Of a DNA stretch of 64,000 bases, positions 61,581 through 64,000 are shown in pieces (position 1 is the first letter of the stretch; the number at the start of each line of letters is the position of its first letter). A model generated the notes under the pieces. That model did no database searches. It had not been told where the DNA came from and saw nothing but the letters and a program-made list of their open reading frames with translations. The translations under genes and the position numbers were made by a program. Source of the stretch: the human T2T-CHM13v2.0 reference genome, Homo sapiens. The stretch lies in NCBI RefSeq assembly GCF_009914755.1, contig NC_060927.1. One strand, written 5' to 3'.

Positions 61581-63594
61581 TCACCCTTCCCCAAACATCG
61601 TACCTGGCCAGGTAAGGGGCTAAGGCAGCTGCCCTTTCCTCTCTGCACAGCCCTGGAGCCAGAGCTCGGCCCAGATCCTGGAACTCCCCAGGCAAGCATC
61701 CTGGATCTCTCCAAACTCCCTAATGCCAGCCCTGGCTGGCTCAGGTGGGAGTGGCAAAAGATGATGAGAGTTGGTCTTGTGAGAAAGCAAAGAGCTTGGG
61801 AACATCTGCCATTTGCAAGGAGTTCTCCCTGTAAGTTCGACTGTAAGATTCTATCCTGGGTGCCCTTCTCTCCTCTGGATGGCCTAGGCTCCGAAAGGCC
61901 TGAGCTGACGCACCCAGCTGCCCGCACTGTGCTTCCTCCCCCTACTCTGTGGGGCAGGGTGATCAGCGAGGGCTGAGCTTGGGTCTCCCAGGCAGCCAGG
62001 CCAACTCATACCTAAGCCTCCCAACTTGGTCCCTGGCAGGCTGTGGTGTCACATCAGGCTTTGCTCATGGGCAGGCCAGGGTAGGGCTCTAGCTACAGCC
62101 TCAAGGGTGGGTGGGGCCTGATCTGAAGTTGCCCAGGGGGTACCGGAGGGAGAGGAGACCTGGGATCACAACCTCTGCTCAACTTCTCCAAAATATGCTA
62201 CAACAGAGAGGGCACTAGGACACGGCCCGGGGCCCAAGAGGCCACTTCCAAAGAGGTTTGGGTCAGTGAAGTTATGAGATTCAAGAGCTGACAGGCATTG
62301 TACAAATACACAGAGTCTCAGTCAGCTATCTATGGGCCAACACACTCCCCAGGATCTCATCTATCTGTCTGTCTGTCTATCCATCCAAATGGGTGCAAGA
62401 GAGCTAGAGACCTGAGGCAACCCTCCCCTCAACTCCCTCCCTTGTCAGATGAGGTGACGGTGGGGACACAGCCTGCTTCAGCTGACATTGCTGGTGGGGG
62501 TGCCTGTTACTCTTTCTGTCTCCATTTCATCCTTTTTGGACCGCTTGTCCAGCTAAAAGAACCAAGAGCCAGGGAACTCAGGGTCTAGGGCAGGAAGCTG
62601 CGGGAGGCCTTGTGACCCAGGCACCGAGAGATGTGGGTAAAGAGCCTGGAGGACCCAGTTCATTGATACTATGGCCAAGGAACTGGCCAACGCTTACAAA
62701 CGTGTCAAGGAAACCATGAGGAGCTGTCCCCACAGGGCCCTGAATCCCCCATCCCTCTTCCTGGTGCCTGTGGAGGGTCTGACACAGCTCCCATGAAGGG
62801 CCCCCGAGCCAGGATCTGTCCCCTGGGGTACTGCATGGTAGGATAAGGTGTCCCTCTGATGTCCCTCTTGGCACGGGCACCTGCCCTCAACAGCCCTGCC
62901 TGCCTCCCTTTAAAAATCACCTTTGCTGTCATCCAAGACTCTCTGAACTCTTCTCACAGACTAATTTTGTCTTTCGTTTCACTTCTTAGGAAGAGAAATG
63001 GGGAAGCTTTTCTCTATCAAAGGGCACTGACTGGCAGATAAATTCCACAGAAAGACTCATAAGTAAAAGGCATTTTAGTTTAGGGAGAAATAGAAAATGT
63101 TCTCTTGATTTGCTTTAAAAATTAAGAGCATGGAACATGACACTATTAAAAATAGAACACTGAAGTCTGCTAATAATTTAGCTTTATATTTCAGCAAGTG
63201 TGGGCTGAGACAAAGGGGGAAAAAGAAACAGACTAGAAAGGGAAAGGGGAAAATAGGTTCAAGAAACAAAGACATAGGCACATGTGGAGATGGACACCGA
63301 TCTATGGATCAGAGAGAGAGAGATTAGGGCAAGTGTCCACCCCAGTAAAAGGCAAATGAAAAGGAGAGAGATGGAGATAAAATATACGGTATCCACAGAC
63401 TCCCTTGATGCTGATTTCCAGCTTGTGGACTTCTGATGTCTTGTTGCTAACTGATTTGAGGCCTGTTGCATTTTTGCAAAAGAAGCACTATTAAAAGATT
63501 CCCTCTTTACCATCCTTTTTGCAAGGCCTAACTGCCGGGGTCCTTTTTAAGATGCAGGAACCGCAACTGCATAAGAAATTCATGACTTCACTCA

Positions 63595-63840
<246 letters not shown>

Positions 63841-64000
63841 TCAGGGTGGAGAGGGCAGAAAACTCAAAGTCATAATGTCAGCCCCCGTGAAAAACCAAAC
63901 TGCAATTAGTGGGTTCACCACAATTCAAACCCTAGGGCCCCAAGCTCTGCTCAAATCCTAACCTCAACCTTGCATGGTACCCTCCATTACTATCAAGTGG

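Overview
Human (primate) genomic DNA. I recognise it from the protein sequences as the SEC22A/ADCY5 locus on chr3q21. Two genes converge tail to tail. On the + strand lie the last intron, last coding exon (7605-7805) and 3' UTR of SEC22A. On the - strand lie 15 coding exons of adenylyl cyclase 5 (ADCY5, exons 7-21, about residues 602-1261), read from 63823 down to the stop at 20685, with a 3' UTR ending near 18375. All 15 exons were delimited by hand: they have GT-AG boundaries, matching phases and one open frame. The rest is intronic or intergenic, with about 13 Alus, old L1/L2/MIR/L3 fragments, MER2, MER33, two LTR-like pieces and microsatellites. Base composition shifts from AT-rich to GC-rich at about 12-15 kb. 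No prokaryotic system, CRISPR array or new protein-coding gene is supported. The most notable signals are: a 75-nt in-frame cassette exon with a GC donor; an old ~80-bp tandem duplication that copies the exon 18 splice acceptor; a 64-bp Alu fragment apparently copied from one specific AluY 2.2 kb away; a 23-nt frame-shifting microexon behind a 49-nt pyrimidine tract; a candidate in-frame alternative acceptor in exon 13; intronic and tandem poly(A) signals; and an inverted AluY pair 211 bp apart.
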